Shown here: positions 27,675 to 38,038 of the stretch, in pieces | Layout: each line of letters starts with the position of its first letter | How positions within the stretch are numbered: the stretch's first letter is position 1 | Source of the DNA: an uncultured virus (IMG/VR IMGVR_UViG_3300042882_001139) | Lineage: Duplodnaviria > Heunggongvirae > Uroviricota > Caudoviricetes | DNA length: 64,000 nt | Reading direction: 5' to 3' (one strand) | Virus record (IMG/VR): IMGVR_UViG_3300042882_001139 | Span: 1 to 64,000 of that record | Program-made: the position numbers and the translations under genes | The notes under the pieces: model-generated | Database searches by the model: none | The model's input: the letters and a program-made list of their open reading frames with translations, nothing else | What the model was told of the DNA's origin: nothing

Positions 27675-30068
27675 GTGTACAACAAAAGCAAAAAAGAAGC
27701 GTCGTGGCAGCACTGGCTGAAGGTAGTTAGGTCTCACGACCGCAGCCAAGTCAAACAGGCCGAAATTGGCGGCCGTGGCGATGACACTTCTTTTGAACAG
27801 GCGTTTTCTAACCTGGCCCACGCTTACTTGCGTGACTCAGCGCCCAAATTGCTTGATCACGAAGTCGGTTTCCAATTATTGGACCGCAACCGCGAGAACA
27901 CAAAAGCCGTTGGCGTATTTGCTTTTAAAGTCGGTGCCCAGTGGCTTTACGCCCCGGTATTCTTTTTAAACGGCGACTTGAAAGGGCACGAACTCCTGTA
28001 CATCAAAAATCAGGATATGTTCGTACCGCTCAAAGAAAACTGGATCAACTATTTAATCAATCGAAAGCCGAACATCCTTGGCAACGGCGTCGATCGAAAT
28101 CTGTCGAATCTTGGCCAACGGCAGCCGGACTTCACGCAACTTTCCCGCAGCCCGTCAAAGTTCGGCTCGGCGCAGCCCACGCTCAAAGAGATGATGACTG
28201 CGGCCATGCCGGCATTTGCGAAATCGGCCACGATGAATACCGCCCAGGCTTTTGCCGAACTTGGCAGTGCGATCAACCTGCCGGCGTTCTTAAAAGAAGC
28301 CAGCATGCAAATGTTAAGCACGCTGGTTAACAGCTGCAAGAAAGCCCCCGAACTCGCCGAGGCCATCGACTCGTTCCACGGTTTAAATATCGTCAAAGAG
28401 GCCGTAGCACAGGCGTCGGCTCGCGTAAGCCGCACAAAAGTGGCGAGCGTGTTGTCTGAGGCTCCCAAAACGCCAGCGGCTGAAAAGTCGCTTGAAGTCA
28501 TTACGCTCGATACGACGGTGCAGACTAAGTTACCGCCGGGTCACACAGAAGAAGACCAGGAAAAACTTTTGCGGGACGGCGTGCTGATTCTCGACAAGCG
28601 GGATCGCGACAACGTTTCGATTCCCTACCATATCCAAGTCGAGAAGCGGCTGTTTAATCCGACCGAGAGCGGTCTGTACGAAATCCTCGTCAAGCCGGGC
28701 AATATTGAACGCTGCTACGTGGCCGTATTCCCGATGGGTGCCGCCAAGCGGTCTAACTTCGTCACGGTCGTTCGCATTGACGGTAAAGCCGACTGGATTA
28801 ACACACGGGCTGACCATGTTTTTGCACTTTCCCGCGTAGAGGGCGAAGAGTTTGACAAATGGTATGACGGTCTTCCGGAAGCCAAAAGCCTTCCGTCCGG
28901 TCGCTCGCGCGTAATGCTGCTTAACAAGCGCGGCGACACTACCGCCCCGGTTCGGAGCCTTCGCGAATATGGCGAAACAAATGGCTCGACGGTGTACGAA
29001 GTGCATCTCGAGGATTACACAAAGTTTCCGCCCAAGGGCAGCATTTCTCCGTGTTGCTACTCTGACCCGCTTAATTACGACAAGTACCGCGACGGCGTGC
29101 GGCTGCATTTAAACGGTAAAAAGGGTTCGTCGCTGCGTGCCAGCATGGGCGACATCTTTGTGCCGGAAGGGTTCAAGATGCTGAAGTGCGAGCCGGGCGA
29201 AGACGACGTCGATTCGGCTGAAGGGCAGGGTGCATGCGGTTGCGGCGAAAGCAAAGATCCGCCGCTGATGCCGGGCAACCTGCTTGACGCCCAGATGGAG
29301 TTGATGCAAAAAACATCGTCTTTAACTGTGACAAATAACGGTCACGCTGTAGAGATTCACAGCGGGCAAAAACAACTCGTTGAAAAAGAACTGTCTGAAA
29401 AGCAGGCACTGGTGTCGTTAGTACGGCAGCACGGTTTACGAGAAGAAGCCGCCCGCGACATTCTGAAACAAGCGGCTGATAAACGAAAGTTTGAGTGCCG
29501 CGTAAAATATGCCGAGCCGTACGGCAGCCCGATGATGATCAACAGTGCCCCGAACGCTCCGAGTGATCCCGGCGCGGTCATGGGCGGCGAAAGCATCATG
29601 GGCACGAGCGTTCCAACACAACTCGGTATTGACGTCGGTATGCCTGTGTCGGGCATGGCTGCTAGTCAGACGGATCGCAGCGTTTACAACCCGAACACTG
29701 AGTTAGATCAAAAAGATTTACGCTCGGTAATCGACGCCGCTCAAAGCGGTCAACGCGAAGTATTTGACACAGCGATGATTGGCTCCATGTTGCGAACTGT
29801 ACGCGACGACGGCATGGTAGATCGCTACATGGGTGAACTGACAAAGGGCCTCGACAAACTGGGGCGCATCTTGTTTATGTTTTATTGGCATGGCGACCGG
29901 TTTGCCGATCGTTATGGCAAGGCCGACATGCCGGAACTGGAAGATTCGCTGCGTAACGCATTTGAGATGCTTGGCGACGTCATCTTGTTCCTGAAGCAAA
30001 AGACAATCGAGCCGTATCCAGAAGAAGCCAACAGCGACGTCGACTTAGGTCCCGTTGCCAACTCTTAA
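27675..30068 (+). CDS. large head-associated protein with many K-x-A motifs
   Basis: GGAGG RBS before GTG 27675; VKQAE, AKSAT, LKEAS, TKVAS, VKYAE; position in head module. Confidence 0.6.
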   Translation: MYNKSKKEASWQHWLKVVRSHDRSQVKQAEIGGRGDDTSFEQAFSNLAHAYLRDSAPKLLDHEVGFQLLDRNRENTKAVGVFAFKVGAQWLYAPVFFLNGDLKGHELLYIKNQDMFVPLKENWINYLINRKPNILGNGVDRNLSNLGQRQPDFTQLSRSPSKFGSAQPTLKEMMTAAMPAFAKSATMNTAQAFAELGSAINLPAFLKEASMQMLSTLVNSCKKAPELAEAIDSFHGLNIVKEAVAQASARVSRTKVASVLSEAPKTPAAEKSLEVITLDTTVQTKLPPGHTEEDQEKLLRDGVLILDKRDRDNVSIPYHIQVEKRLFNPTESGLYEILVKPGNIERCYVAVFPMGAAKRSNFVTVVRIDGKADWINTRADHVFALSRVEGEEFDKWYDGLPEAKSLPSGRSRVMLLNKRGDTTAPVRSLREYGETNGSTVYEVHLEDYTKFPPKGSISPCCYSDPLNYDKYRDGVRLHLNGKKGSSLRASMGDIFVPEGFKMLKCEPGEDDVDSAEGQGACGCGESKDPPLMPGNLLDAQMELMQKTSSLTVTNNGHAVEIHSGQKQLVEKELSEKQALVSLVRQHGLREEAARDILKQAADKRKFECRVKYAEPYGSPMMINSAPNAPSDPGAVMGGESIMGTSVPTQLGIDVGMPVSGMAASQTDRSVYNPNTELDQKDLRSVIDAAQSGQREVFDTAMIGSMLRTVRDDGMVDRYMGELTKGLDKLGRILFMFYWHGDRFADRYGKADMPELEDSLRNAFEMLGDVILFLKQKTIEPYPEEANSDVDLGPVANS

Positions 30069-30078
30069 TAGGTGAACT

Positions 30079-30462
30079 ATGCCCAGCACAGTTTGGTCAG
30101 GCAGTAAAGAGTTTACGACGAATGCCGGGTCGGCAACGACGGTGGCCATTCCAATGCCGCATCGTGGCGTTTTAAAAGGCTACAACCTCGTCGAGGCGGC
30201 TGGTGGTGCAACAGGTAACTTCACTGCCACGCTGTATTCGAGCAAGCAGGATAAGGCGCCGAACAACGCGTTACCGGCAGACACATTCAAAGTGCTGACG
30301 TTTGACCAGGCTGCGGCTTTTAAAAACGACTTAAACGTGTCGTATCTCAATCGTGACGGCTCGCCGACTAATCCGCAGCGCTACCTGTATCTTAAAATTA
30401 CGACGGCGGCAGTTAAAAACTTTGTGTTCTCTGTCACCGTAGACACGCCGACGCTGCGCTAA
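30079..30462 (+). CDS. putative virion structural protein
   Basis: Beta-rich Thr/Ala composition, AGGTG RBS. Confidence 0.5.
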   Translation: MPSTVWSGSKEFTTNAGSATTVAIPMPHRGVLKGYNLVEAAGGATGNFTATLYSSKQDKAPNNALPADTFKVLTFDQAAAFKNDLNVSYLNRDGSPTNPQRYLYLKITTAAVKNFVFSVTVDTPTLR

Positions 30463-31391
30463 TGCTAAACGCCCTTCGCGATAACCCTCGACGGTCGCCT
30501 AGTTGGCGGTGGCTGCGGGCGGTAAATATTGATGCCGGCGGGCCCAAGGCGTCTCGCAAATTAGACGGTGCGGAAGGCTTTAAGTGGGTACGCCGTGCTA
30601 GCCGGCTGAAACGGCATTTTGAGTTAGCTGGCAGCAGGCCGCAAGCATTGTACGCCCTGCATCTCCGCGACCCGGAATTGTTCTGGGCCCACTCACTGTG
30701 GGTGGAGGATAAAGCACCGTCAAAGTGGGCCGTGGAAGCCCGTGTATTAGCAGGAGAAACGGACGCCGAGATTGCTGCTAAGGTCGGCACGACGCCAGAG
30801 ATTATTAACGCGTATATCAACGTATTTTTTGATGTTCGCGAAAAGATGGCCCACACCGATTATGTTGTGAATGTCGTGATGGGTGATGCCGTTACTCGCG
30901 GATTGCAGGAACGACACTACGACTTGCTCTGGAAGTTAATGGGTTATCACGGCGGCCCGATGGTGCTAGATGCCGTCATTAACAGATTTTGCCCGGTCAG
31001 CCGCCCGCAAAACCCTGAGAACGTCTCTGGCTTTTTCCAGGATTTTGCAATTAGTGCCATGAAGTACAAGGCGGCACTGGCGACGCTTACCGTGCAGGCC
31101 AACACGCATACACAATTACCGCTTATCGACTCGTTCGCCAAATATGTTGAAATTGAAAGAACGACAGAAAACGCTACTAAAGCGCAGGTATCCATTGTGG
31201 AGAATATCGGGGCTATGTTGACGGCCCTGCCATTCCGCGTTGGGACGAAACTGGATTCTGAAGCTATAAAAATGGTACCCTTTGATAGTGGCGCGGCAGA
31301 ATTAAACAACAGCGAAATGATCATTGTGGCGACTGGTGGTAAACTAGAAAATCAGCCCCTGATCGAAAATCTGCGATTCCCGGGAGAATAA
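30462..31391 (+). CDS. hypothetical protein with HTH-like segment
   Basis: ETDAEIAAKVGTTPEIINAY; TAATG coupling. Confidence 0.6.
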   Translation: MLNALRDNPRRSPSWRWLRAVNIDAGGPKASRKLDGAEGFKWVRRASRLKRHFELAGSRPQALYALHLRDPELFWAHSLWVEDKAPSKWAVEARVLAGETDAEIAAKVGTTPEIINAYINVFFDVREKMAHTDYVVNVVMGDAVTRGLQERHYDLLWKLMGYHGGPMVLDAVINRFCPVSRPQNPENVSGFFQDFAISAMKYKAALATLTVQANTHTQLPLIDSFAKYVEIERTTENATKAQVSIVENIGAMLTALPFRVGTKLDSEAIKMVPFDSGAAELNNSEMIIVATGGKLENQPLIENLRFPGE

Positions 31392-31393
31392 CA

Positions 31394-33004
31394 ATGCAGA
31401 CATTGAGCAAAGAAGCCGAACAAAAGTTAATTGCTGCGATTGAAAAAGCTGCAGCATTAGTCAACGAAGGGCTATCGCCAAACGCTGCAATCATTAAGAG
31501 TGCCGCCGCCGCCGATATTCCCGCGGGGCATATTAACCTTATGGTGCATGCGTACAACACAGGCCGCACCACCAAGCAACGCGAACAAGGCGAAAACACG
31601 ACTGAAAAGTCGGCTGATTTCCAACTGGCTGACGCCCCCACGGTTTTAGATGCTCTGTACCCCAAGGCTGTTAAAACGTCGGCAGAAATCGTGCGGCAAG
31701 AAATTGTATCTACGGACTACGCCGTTTCGCCTGCCGGCATGCTCGCTCGCCGCGTGGCTGAGCAGGAGAAGGCCGCAGCGGCTCAAGTGGCATTACCGGC
31801 AAAGACATATGTGCCGTATCCGCGTGACGAGCAATTCGCCGCTGAGCGGGCCTATAGCGTCAAACGTGCCGAGCAGTTGGCTGACGAGGAGCGGCGCCGC
31901 ATCGCTACGGCTGCGTACTCTAAAGCCGCCGCGGCGCTTGACGGCGTAGTTGAGTATTTCCGCACTCCGGGAAACATGTCGTTCGCCGACGCTGTTCGTC
32001 AGGTTGGCTTACGTTTCGGCGACGAGGGTGTTTCGGTGCTGCACAAGGTGGCCGAAGTTTATCCTCAGTTTAAAAAGCAAGCGGCAACGAACAACAACCA
32101 CTTTGGCGATAACCCCCTGTACGCCCGCGTACAAAATGTTGTTATTCTGACGGAAGAATATGTCAAAGCGAGCGCGGACTTAAAAAAAAAGACGCCAGTA
32201 ATTAGTAATAAGAAAGTAGCCACTTTTCTTACAGGTTCGGTGCTGCAGGCGCCGGTAGACTTCTCTAACGGCGTAACTTTAAAGCAAGCAGCAGGCCCGC
32301 GTGGCGGGCATTTTCCTGTATCTGCCGGGCCAGGATTACCGCCGAGTCTTGCGGCGACATTATTCGGCATTAACCCGCCTGCTCCGCCTGCACCGCCTGC
32401 ACCGCCGGCAAAGCCATCTCCTAAGCCCGAAAAGCCGGAAGAGAAGAAGCCGCAGGGCAACCGTGGCGGCGGTGGCGGCGGTAATCGTGGTGGTGGCGGT
32501 GGCGGCAAGGGTGGTGCCAGCAATTACGAAAAAAACTTACAAACGTTTTTTGAGAGTGCTAACCGGCCAGTCAACACTGTTGGTGAACAAATTGGTCTTG
32601 CTGGTGCTGCCTCGCCAGCCGGGATGGCTAAAAGCATTCTTGGCTTAGACAAAGAGCCGCGCGACATTGGTTTAAAGATGTTGAAAGAGATCTCCTCGCC
32701 CGACCACGAACTGACGCTTAAAAATATTCGCGCTCAAGCCACGCTTCACGACTTGATGCTTAATGACGACGTCATCTCTGGTTATAGCCCTCAAGAAGTA
32801 GCATTGGCGTTTAATGAAGTAGCCGACGCGGCGCCAAACGTCGTGCAGTCCCCGGCTGTCTTACGTGCCATGCTTCGGAAACGTTTAGAGGCCGGACAAC
32901 TTGCCGATTTTGACGCGAAACAATTACTTGAAATGGATAAACTCAAAGCCGAGCGGGATCAAACAATGCTTTCGGCCCGCAAACTCCAAGAAGAACTTGC
33001 GTAA
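31394..33004 (+). CDS. head-associated protein with many K-x-A motifs
   Basis: IEKAAA, IKSAAA, EKSAD, EKAAA, KKQAA, LKQAAG; no Cys. Confidence 0.6.
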   Translation: MQTLSKEAEQKLIAAIEKAAALVNEGLSPNAAIIKSAAAADIPAGHINLMVHAYNTGRTTKQREQGENTTEKSADFQLADAPTVLDALYPKAVKTSAEIVRQEIVSTDYAVSPAGMLARRVAEQEKAAAAQVALPAKTYVPYPRDEQFAAERAYSVKRAEQLADEERRRIATAAYSKAAAALDGVVEYFRTPGNMSFADAVRQVGLRFGDEGVSVLHKVAEVYPQFKKQAATNNNHFGDNPLYARVQNVVILTEEYVKASADLKKKTPVISNKKVATFLTGSVLQAPVDFSNGVTLKQAAGPRGGHFPVSAGPGLPPSLAATLFGINPPAPPAPPAPPAKPSPKPEKPEEKKPQGNRGGGGGGNRGGGGGGKGGASNYEKNLQTFFESANRPVNTVGEQIGLAGAASPAGMAKSILGLDKEPRDIGLKMLKEISSPDHELTLKNIRAQATLHDLMLNDDVISGYSPQEVALAFNEVADAAPNVVQSPAVLRAMLRKRLEAGQLADFDAKQLLEMDKLKAERDQTMLSARKLQEELA

Positions 33005-33007
33005 GAC

Positions 33008-33997
33008 ATGAACAACAACGACTTTGAAAAATTGGCAGGTCAGTTAGCCCGCAGCGCCGTTACTGGCGAAACACTGCCATCAAACTTAATGCAAATTAAA
33101 ACCGCGTTCGTCGGTGGTGACGCCGGGCGTTATTTACTTGGCGGCCTTGGCGGGGCGGGTATCGGCGCACTCATTGGTGCGACGCAGGGCCGCAATAAGA
33201 AACGCAACGCCCTTTATTACGGCACGCTCGGCGGCCTTGGCGGCCTTGGCCTCGCCCACTTTATGAACGGCGGTAACAGCGCTGCCCCGACGCCGTCAAC
33301 TACCCCGACGGCTAAAATTACACCGTCGGCTGCGCCTGCCGCTGTCAAACCAAAAGACGTACAGCGAGTAGAAACGACGCCAATGCGCGTAGCCGATAAG
33401 CCGACCGAGCAAGTTGCGCTGACAACAAACGCTGACGGCACAGTAAGCGTTGTGCCGTATAAGGGCTACAGGCCAGACGCTATTAAACCCCACATGGAAA
33501 CTGATTTATACAAACAGGGCCCGTCTCGGCATCCGTTAGCTGACGGCGTGTCGCCAAACGCCGGCGGGAGTGATTTTTTAAATTGGGTGCAAACCGGCAA
33601 AATGCCGTGGTATAAGAAATTAACCGGGCGAACGACGCAGTATCAAGACCGTTTTCGTGGTTTATTAGAGTCGTATGAACGTAAAACTGGAAAACCGGCA
33701 ACGAGCATGGCTGAACTGCGGGAGACTGGTTTATTGCCAAAAGACGATTTAGATATCTACACGAAAACACCCAGCGGCCAGCCGATTGCGATGACAAACC
33801 CGCAAGACAAAACTAACTTGCTACAAATGATTAATAGGATTCGTGAGTTTCCGGGCGGGGAAGAGTTTTATTTGAACAACGACCGCGATATGGCAAAAAC
33901 GATAGCGTGGATACAAAACACTGCGGCAGAACAAGCGCGCCAACAGGCTAGTCGTTTTGGTTACGCCGGCAGCCGTGGCGCCGTAAATGCACGATAA
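33008..33997 (+). CDS. putative internal virion protein with glycine zippers
   Basis: FEKLAG, IKTAF then LLGGLGGAGIGALIG and GTLGGLGGLGLA; no Cys. Confidence 0.65.
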   Translation: MNNNDFEKLAGQLARSAVTGETLPSNLMQIKTAFVGGDAGRYLLGGLGGAGIGALIGATQGRNKKRNALYYGTLGGLGGLGLAHFMNGGNSAAPTPSTTPTAKITPSAAPAAVKPKDVQRVETTPMRVADKPTEQVALTTNADGTVSVVPYKGYRPDAIKPHMETDLYKQGPSRHPLADGVSPNAGGSDFLNWVQTGKMPWYKKLTGRTTQYQDRFRGLLESYERKTGKPATSMAELRETGLLPKDDLDIYTKTPSGQPIAMTNPQDKTNLLQMINRIREFPGGEEFYLNNDRDMAKTIAWIQNTAAEQARQQASRFGYAGSRGAVNAR

Positions 33998-34021
33998 AAT
34001 TAACGGATAAGGAACTAGCAA

Positions 34022-35476
34022 ATGAGCATGATCAAAGTTATTCAGCCGCACGCTCAAGACTTTAGTGAGCCAGTCGCGGAGATTATTAAGATCTCAAGCC
34101 GCGGCCTCATCGGTGCCGACAAGCAGGCATTCGTTAAACGAGCCGGTGCGGAGTTTGCCCATAAACTTGAAAACATTAAGTTTGCAAAAGATGAAGTTCC
34201 TGTGCACATGATCGCGATTGGTGCCACAGAGGACTACGGCCCGAACCGCAACGGCGACGGCTTTACACGAGACACATGCCGTAAAGATCACAACACGTTT
34301 GAAAAGTTAGCCAGGTTCTATCGGGACCACGCCAACAAGAATCCGGCCAAGTCATTCGGCATCGTGAAGGCCAGTGCCTACCACGAGCCCATGCACCGAA
34401 TTGAACTTGTCTGCGCGTTAAATGGCACAAAAGAAGCGGCCGATCGCAATGGCGGTTTAATTGCTGACAAAGAACTTGAGAAACTGGCCAACGGGAAAGA
34501 GATCCCGGTATCGATGGCCTGCAAAATTCCTTTCGACAAATGCTCTTCTTGCGGCAACACGGCTCGTACCCGGGCTGAGTATTGCGACTCACCAGAGAAC
34601 GGCGGGCACTGCAAGGCGGGCGGTTTAAAGCACAACATCGGTCGGGTGCTGGCGGACGGTCACGTGCTACACGCCGACAATACGAAGTGTGCGTTTTTTG
34701 ACATTTCTCACGTGTTTCGCCCGGCTGACCGAATTGCGTATGTATCTGGCCGGCTTGAAAAAGCCGCTGGTACAGCCATTCTTTCTGGCGCTGAATTGGC
34801 TGAGCACCTTGGCGTCACCGCACCGATTGGATTTAACTTAGATGGTAACTCAAGCAAGCGGGCTCACGCACAGTTAGAGGCTTTAAACTTACTTGTCCAA
34901 GCCGAAGCCACCCAGAACAGTGCTGAGTGGACCAAACTTGCCCTGGCTTCATCGCCGGAAGTACAGCCGCCTATTGATGTAAGTGCGTGCTCATTTGTTA
35001 AAATGTCAGACGTGTTGCGTGGGCTGGCTGACGCCGGTGTTATCCTGCCGCTGCGCGACTTTTTAGCACTGACTTTAAAGACAGCAAGTGAGGACCTCGT
35101 CGGGGCTGTTGCGAAAGCCCTGCCCAATATTTTTACAAAAGTTGCAAATGATCTAGACATGGCGACGCTTTTGGAGAATAATGTTTACTACCCTTCGAGT
35201 GTGGCTCCGGCTGCTGTTAGGGTGTGGGCAGAGAAAGTAGCGCAAACCCACAGCGTATTACCGAGTAACATCGAAAAGCGTGCATACTTAGCCGCGATTC
35301 GTAACGCTCGGTTAGATAACATTCCGTGTGAGAAACAAGCAACTGGGAACGCAGAAACAGCACTTGCGCAACATTACGCGTTGTATAAGATTGCCGCTTT
35401 CGCCGCCATTTGTGATAAATACGGAAATAACTTGTTGACAGCAAACCACTGTGTACTGCAAAATTACATCATGTAA
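34022..35476 (+). CDS. prohead maturation protease (HK97/assemblin fold) with zinc-ribbon insert
   Basis: NRNGDGF, RDHAN (His), VSMAC (Ser), CSSCGN...YC, FFDISHVFRPAD; precedes scaffold and capsid. Confidence 0.8.
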   Translation: MSMIKVIQPHAQDFSEPVAEIIKISSRGLIGADKQAFVKRAGAEFAHKLENIKFAKDEVPVHMIAIGATEDYGPNRNGDGFTRDTCRKDHNTFEKLARFYRDHANKNPAKSFGIVKASAYHEPMHRIELVCALNGTKEAADRNGGLIADKELEKLANGKEIPVSMACKIPFDKCSSCGNTARTRAEYCDSPENGGHCKAGGLKHNIGRVLADGHVLHADNTKCAFFDISHVFRPADRIAYVSGRLEKAAGTAILSGAELAEHLGVTAPIGFNLDGNSSKRAHAQLEALNLLVQAEATQNSAEWTKLALASSPEVQPPIDVSACSFVKMSDVLRGLADAGVILPLRDFLALTLKTASEDLVGAVAKALPNIFTKVANDLDMATLLENNVYYPSSVAPAAVRVWAEKVAQTHSVLPSNIEKRAYLAAIRNARLDNIPCEKQATGNAETALAQHYALYKIAAFAAICDKYGNNLLTANHCVLQNYIM

Positions 35477-35519
35477 CGGAAACTAATCGCACAACGATTA
35501 GGCCCCAAAGGAGATAACA

Positions 35520-36908
35520 ATGGCACGGATGCAACGTTCCCTTTTCGCTCAACTCAATGCTCTTGCTGACGAAATTTCGCAGAGCACAAAAGCCGCTGCT
35601 GAAAAAGTAGCTGGCCCCACGCCTTCTGATCCGGGCGGCTATCAGGGCGCCTCTTCGCACCCGACGACCAGCGTTGATAACAGTGTGCAGAATGCTGACA
35701 CCGGTGCGCGTGCTTCCGAGTACGAGACCGACATCAAGAAGCAGCAGGGTGCGTTAGCTGTAGACAACACTCCGGAAATGTCGCAAGAGGGTCGGCAGAA
35801 CGAAGTGCAGTTAAACATCAATACAAATGCCAAGTCGACCGGCGAAGATCCCGCTGCCGAAAAGGATTTCAAGGGCACGAAGGATGACCCGGGCACATCG
35901 CATCCCGCCAAGACCAACGACGGCGAGAAGTACTCGTCGGCCTCGTTCAAGGAAGCACGCAATCACTGCGGTAACCTCGGCAACGACATCCTCGCGAACC
36001 TTATCAACTTTGGCACGGACAAGTTAACAAAGAAGTCTGACGACCACCTAATAGGCGGCCAAAAAAAGTTAGACGTTAATGACAACGGCAAGATCGACGG
36101 CTCGGATCTCGCTGCGCTCCGCAGCGGCAAGGCCGAAGCCGGTTCCGAAGCCGGCAGCGAAGACAGCGACGAGAAGTCCGACGCCGGTGATGAGAAGGAA
36201 GAAAAGTCCGACGCTGGCGACGAGAAAGCGGCTGCGTTTAAGGCGGGCTATGAGTTAGCCGCACACTTTGGGATGGACAAAGCCGCGGCCGAGGCTTCGG
36301 TGCGCGAGGTGTGCGCGAACACTCTCCGCGAGGCTGACGAAATGGCCGACCTGTTCATGGGTTTTTTAAGTTCAAAGCAGGCCGCCGCGGACCCGACAGA
36401 GGAAGCGTCGGAAGGTGAGGATCACAGTGCCCCGGCTGACGTTGGTTCCGGTGCGGCTCCGGCCGGCCTGGAAGAAATGCTCGGTGCTGAGGGTGGCGAT
36501 CCGGCTGCGGCTGGTGGTGCTGGCATGGAAGGCGCCGGCATGGAAGGTGCTGGCCCTTCGGAAGACGAGGCTGTACAAGAACTGGCTATGGCGCTGGAAG
36601 AACTCGGCATTCCGCCGGAAGCGCTGCTTGAGGCCATTGCTGGCGGCGAGGGCGGTGGTGCTGCAGGCGGAATGCCGCCGGAAGCCGCTGGTATGCCGCC
36701 GGAAGCCGCTGGTATGCCGCCGGAAGCCGCTGGCATGGCACCCAAGATGGCCGCTGCCAAGCGAGCCAGCGAACTGCGGTCCATTGGTGCTGCTGTAATG
36801 AATTTTAAACGTGCTGGTAAGTTCCAGGTCAAAGAGGCCCGCACCAAGCGGTCTCGGCAACTTCGGGACATCATGAAGCAGCACGTCATCGAACTCGTAA
36901 ACCGTTGA
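35520..36908 (+). CDS. putative scaffolding/prohead core protein
   Basis: Acidic, Ala/Gly-rich, many K-x-A motifs, between protease and capsid; EF-hand-like DVNDNGKIDGSD. Confidence 0.65.
   Translation: MARMQRSLFAQLNALADEISQSTKAAAEKVAGPTPSDPGGYQGASSHPTTSVDNSVQNADTGARASEYETDIKKQQGALAVDNTPEMSQEGRQNEVQLNINTNAKSTGEDPAAEKDFKGTKDDPGTSHPAKTNDGEKYSSASFKEARNHCGNLGNDILANLINFGTDKLTKKSDDHLIGGQKKLDVNDNGKIDGSDLAALRSGKAEAGSEAGSEDSDEKSDAGDEKEEKSDAGDEKAAAFKAGYELAAHFGMDKAAAEASVREVCANTLREADEMADLFMGFLSSKQAAADPTEEASEGEDHSAPADVGSGAAPAGLEEMLGAEGGDPAAAGGAGMEGAGMEGAGPSEDEAVQELAMALEELGIPPEALLEAIAGGEGGGAAGGMPPEAAGMPPEAAGMPPEAAGMAPKMAAAKRASELRSIGAAVMNFKRAGKFQVKEARTKRSRQLRDIMKQHVIELVNR
36672..36734 (+). repeat. 21-bp coding tandem repeat (MPPEAAG) x3
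   Basis: atgccgccggaagccgctggt repeated. Confidence 0.9.
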
Positions 36909-36927
36909 TATACACGGAGGTTTTCTA

Positions 36928-37353
36928 ATGTCGAAAAACAATAACGCGCTTGTTCAAAACATCATCGACTACATCGGTTACTCCGATGCGGCGATGACGA
37001 AGGCTGCTGCGGTACTGCAGGAGCGGGACGAGCAAACTGAAAAGGTCGCCCGTCTTATTCCCGAAGCCGTTCAGGCTTGCGTGGACAACGAGCGCATCGA
37101 GCCGCACCAGAAGGAAGCGCTTGCCGCCGCCTTAAGTGACCCGGCTCGCACAATGGAACTGGTCATCAAGTTAGCGACGCATAAAAACGCCGCTGAGTTG
37201 GCCCGTCTCGGCACGCCGGTCGCTACAAAGACTGCCGGTTATGACCCTGCGGGCAGCCTGACGAGCGGGTATGTGGGTGCCCGCGATGGTCGCCTCAAGG
37301 CTTCTGACGTGAAGTTGTTCACGGGCCTTGGTTTGAATCCGCCCACAGCCTGA
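36928..37353 (+). CDS. head-module helical protein
   Basis: GGAGG RBS; TKAAA, EKVAR, IKLAT, TKTAG. Confidence 0.6.
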   Translation: MSKNNNALVQNIIDYIGYSDAAMTKAAAVLQERDEQTEKVARLIPEAVQACVDNERIEPHQKEALAAALSDPARTMELVIKLATHKNAAELARLGTPVATKTAGYDPAGSLTSGYVGARDGRLKASDVKLFTGLGLNPPTA

Positions 37354-37414
37354 GCTCGATAACGAAACCCCGGGATACAACGTCCCAAATTGACAAAGAC
37401 ATGGAGGTCTAACA

Positions 37415-37981
37415 ATGCCTGCTCCCGATCTGATGTTTGAACACGGCCTTGACGTAAAGAAGGGCTGGTTCGATATGGCGTCGCTCGATTACGACGCCAA
37501 GCTCGCTGCTTCTAACGTGGTTACGTTTGCCGTACCGCGTGGTCGCGTTGTGCACGTCGATGCCGACGGTAACTTCCGTCCCGGCTGCCACGCTACTGGT
37601 GTTTCTATTTTCCTGTTAAACGGTTCGGAAGACGCTGACGTAAGCAACCCCGGCCAGACGGCTGCGAACAACTTCATGCACAAGGCGATTTCGCCGACGG
37701 GCAAGTTGTCGGGCCTGGTGGCTACTGGTGGCTACGAGATCTCGTCGACTGAGTTTGATTCGTCGCGAACTTACGTTCCTGGCGATCTCCTCACGGCGAC
37801 TGCCAGCAACTCCAATGCCGCCACAGGCGGTGTGCTTACAAATGCGTCCGTGGTTCAGTACGTGAACCCGGTTTGCGGCGTAGTGTCGAGCGGTAAGAAG
37901 AAGAACCATAACAACGTGCAGTCGCTCTCGTTCTGGTGCGTCTGGCTGCCGGCTGGTACCGCGGCGACGATCGATCCGTGA
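37415..37981 (+). CDS. putative capsid decoration/cement protein
   Basis: Immediately upstream of capsid gene; beta-rich, YVPGDLLTA motif; strong codon bias. Confidence 0.55.
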   Translation: MPAPDLMFEHGLDVKKGWFDMASLDYDAKLAASNVVTFAVPRGRVVHVDADGNFRPGCHATGVSIFLLNGSEDADVSNPGQTAANNFMHKAISPTGKLSGLVATGGYEISSTEFDSSRTYVPGDLLTATASNSNAATGGVLTNASVVQYVNPVCGVVSSGKKKNHNNVQSLSFWCVWLPAGTAATIDP

Positions 37982-38038
37982 TCTAACCCTTAACTAACTA
38001 ATTAACTAACTAACTAAGGAACATGGAGGTTCCAAACG

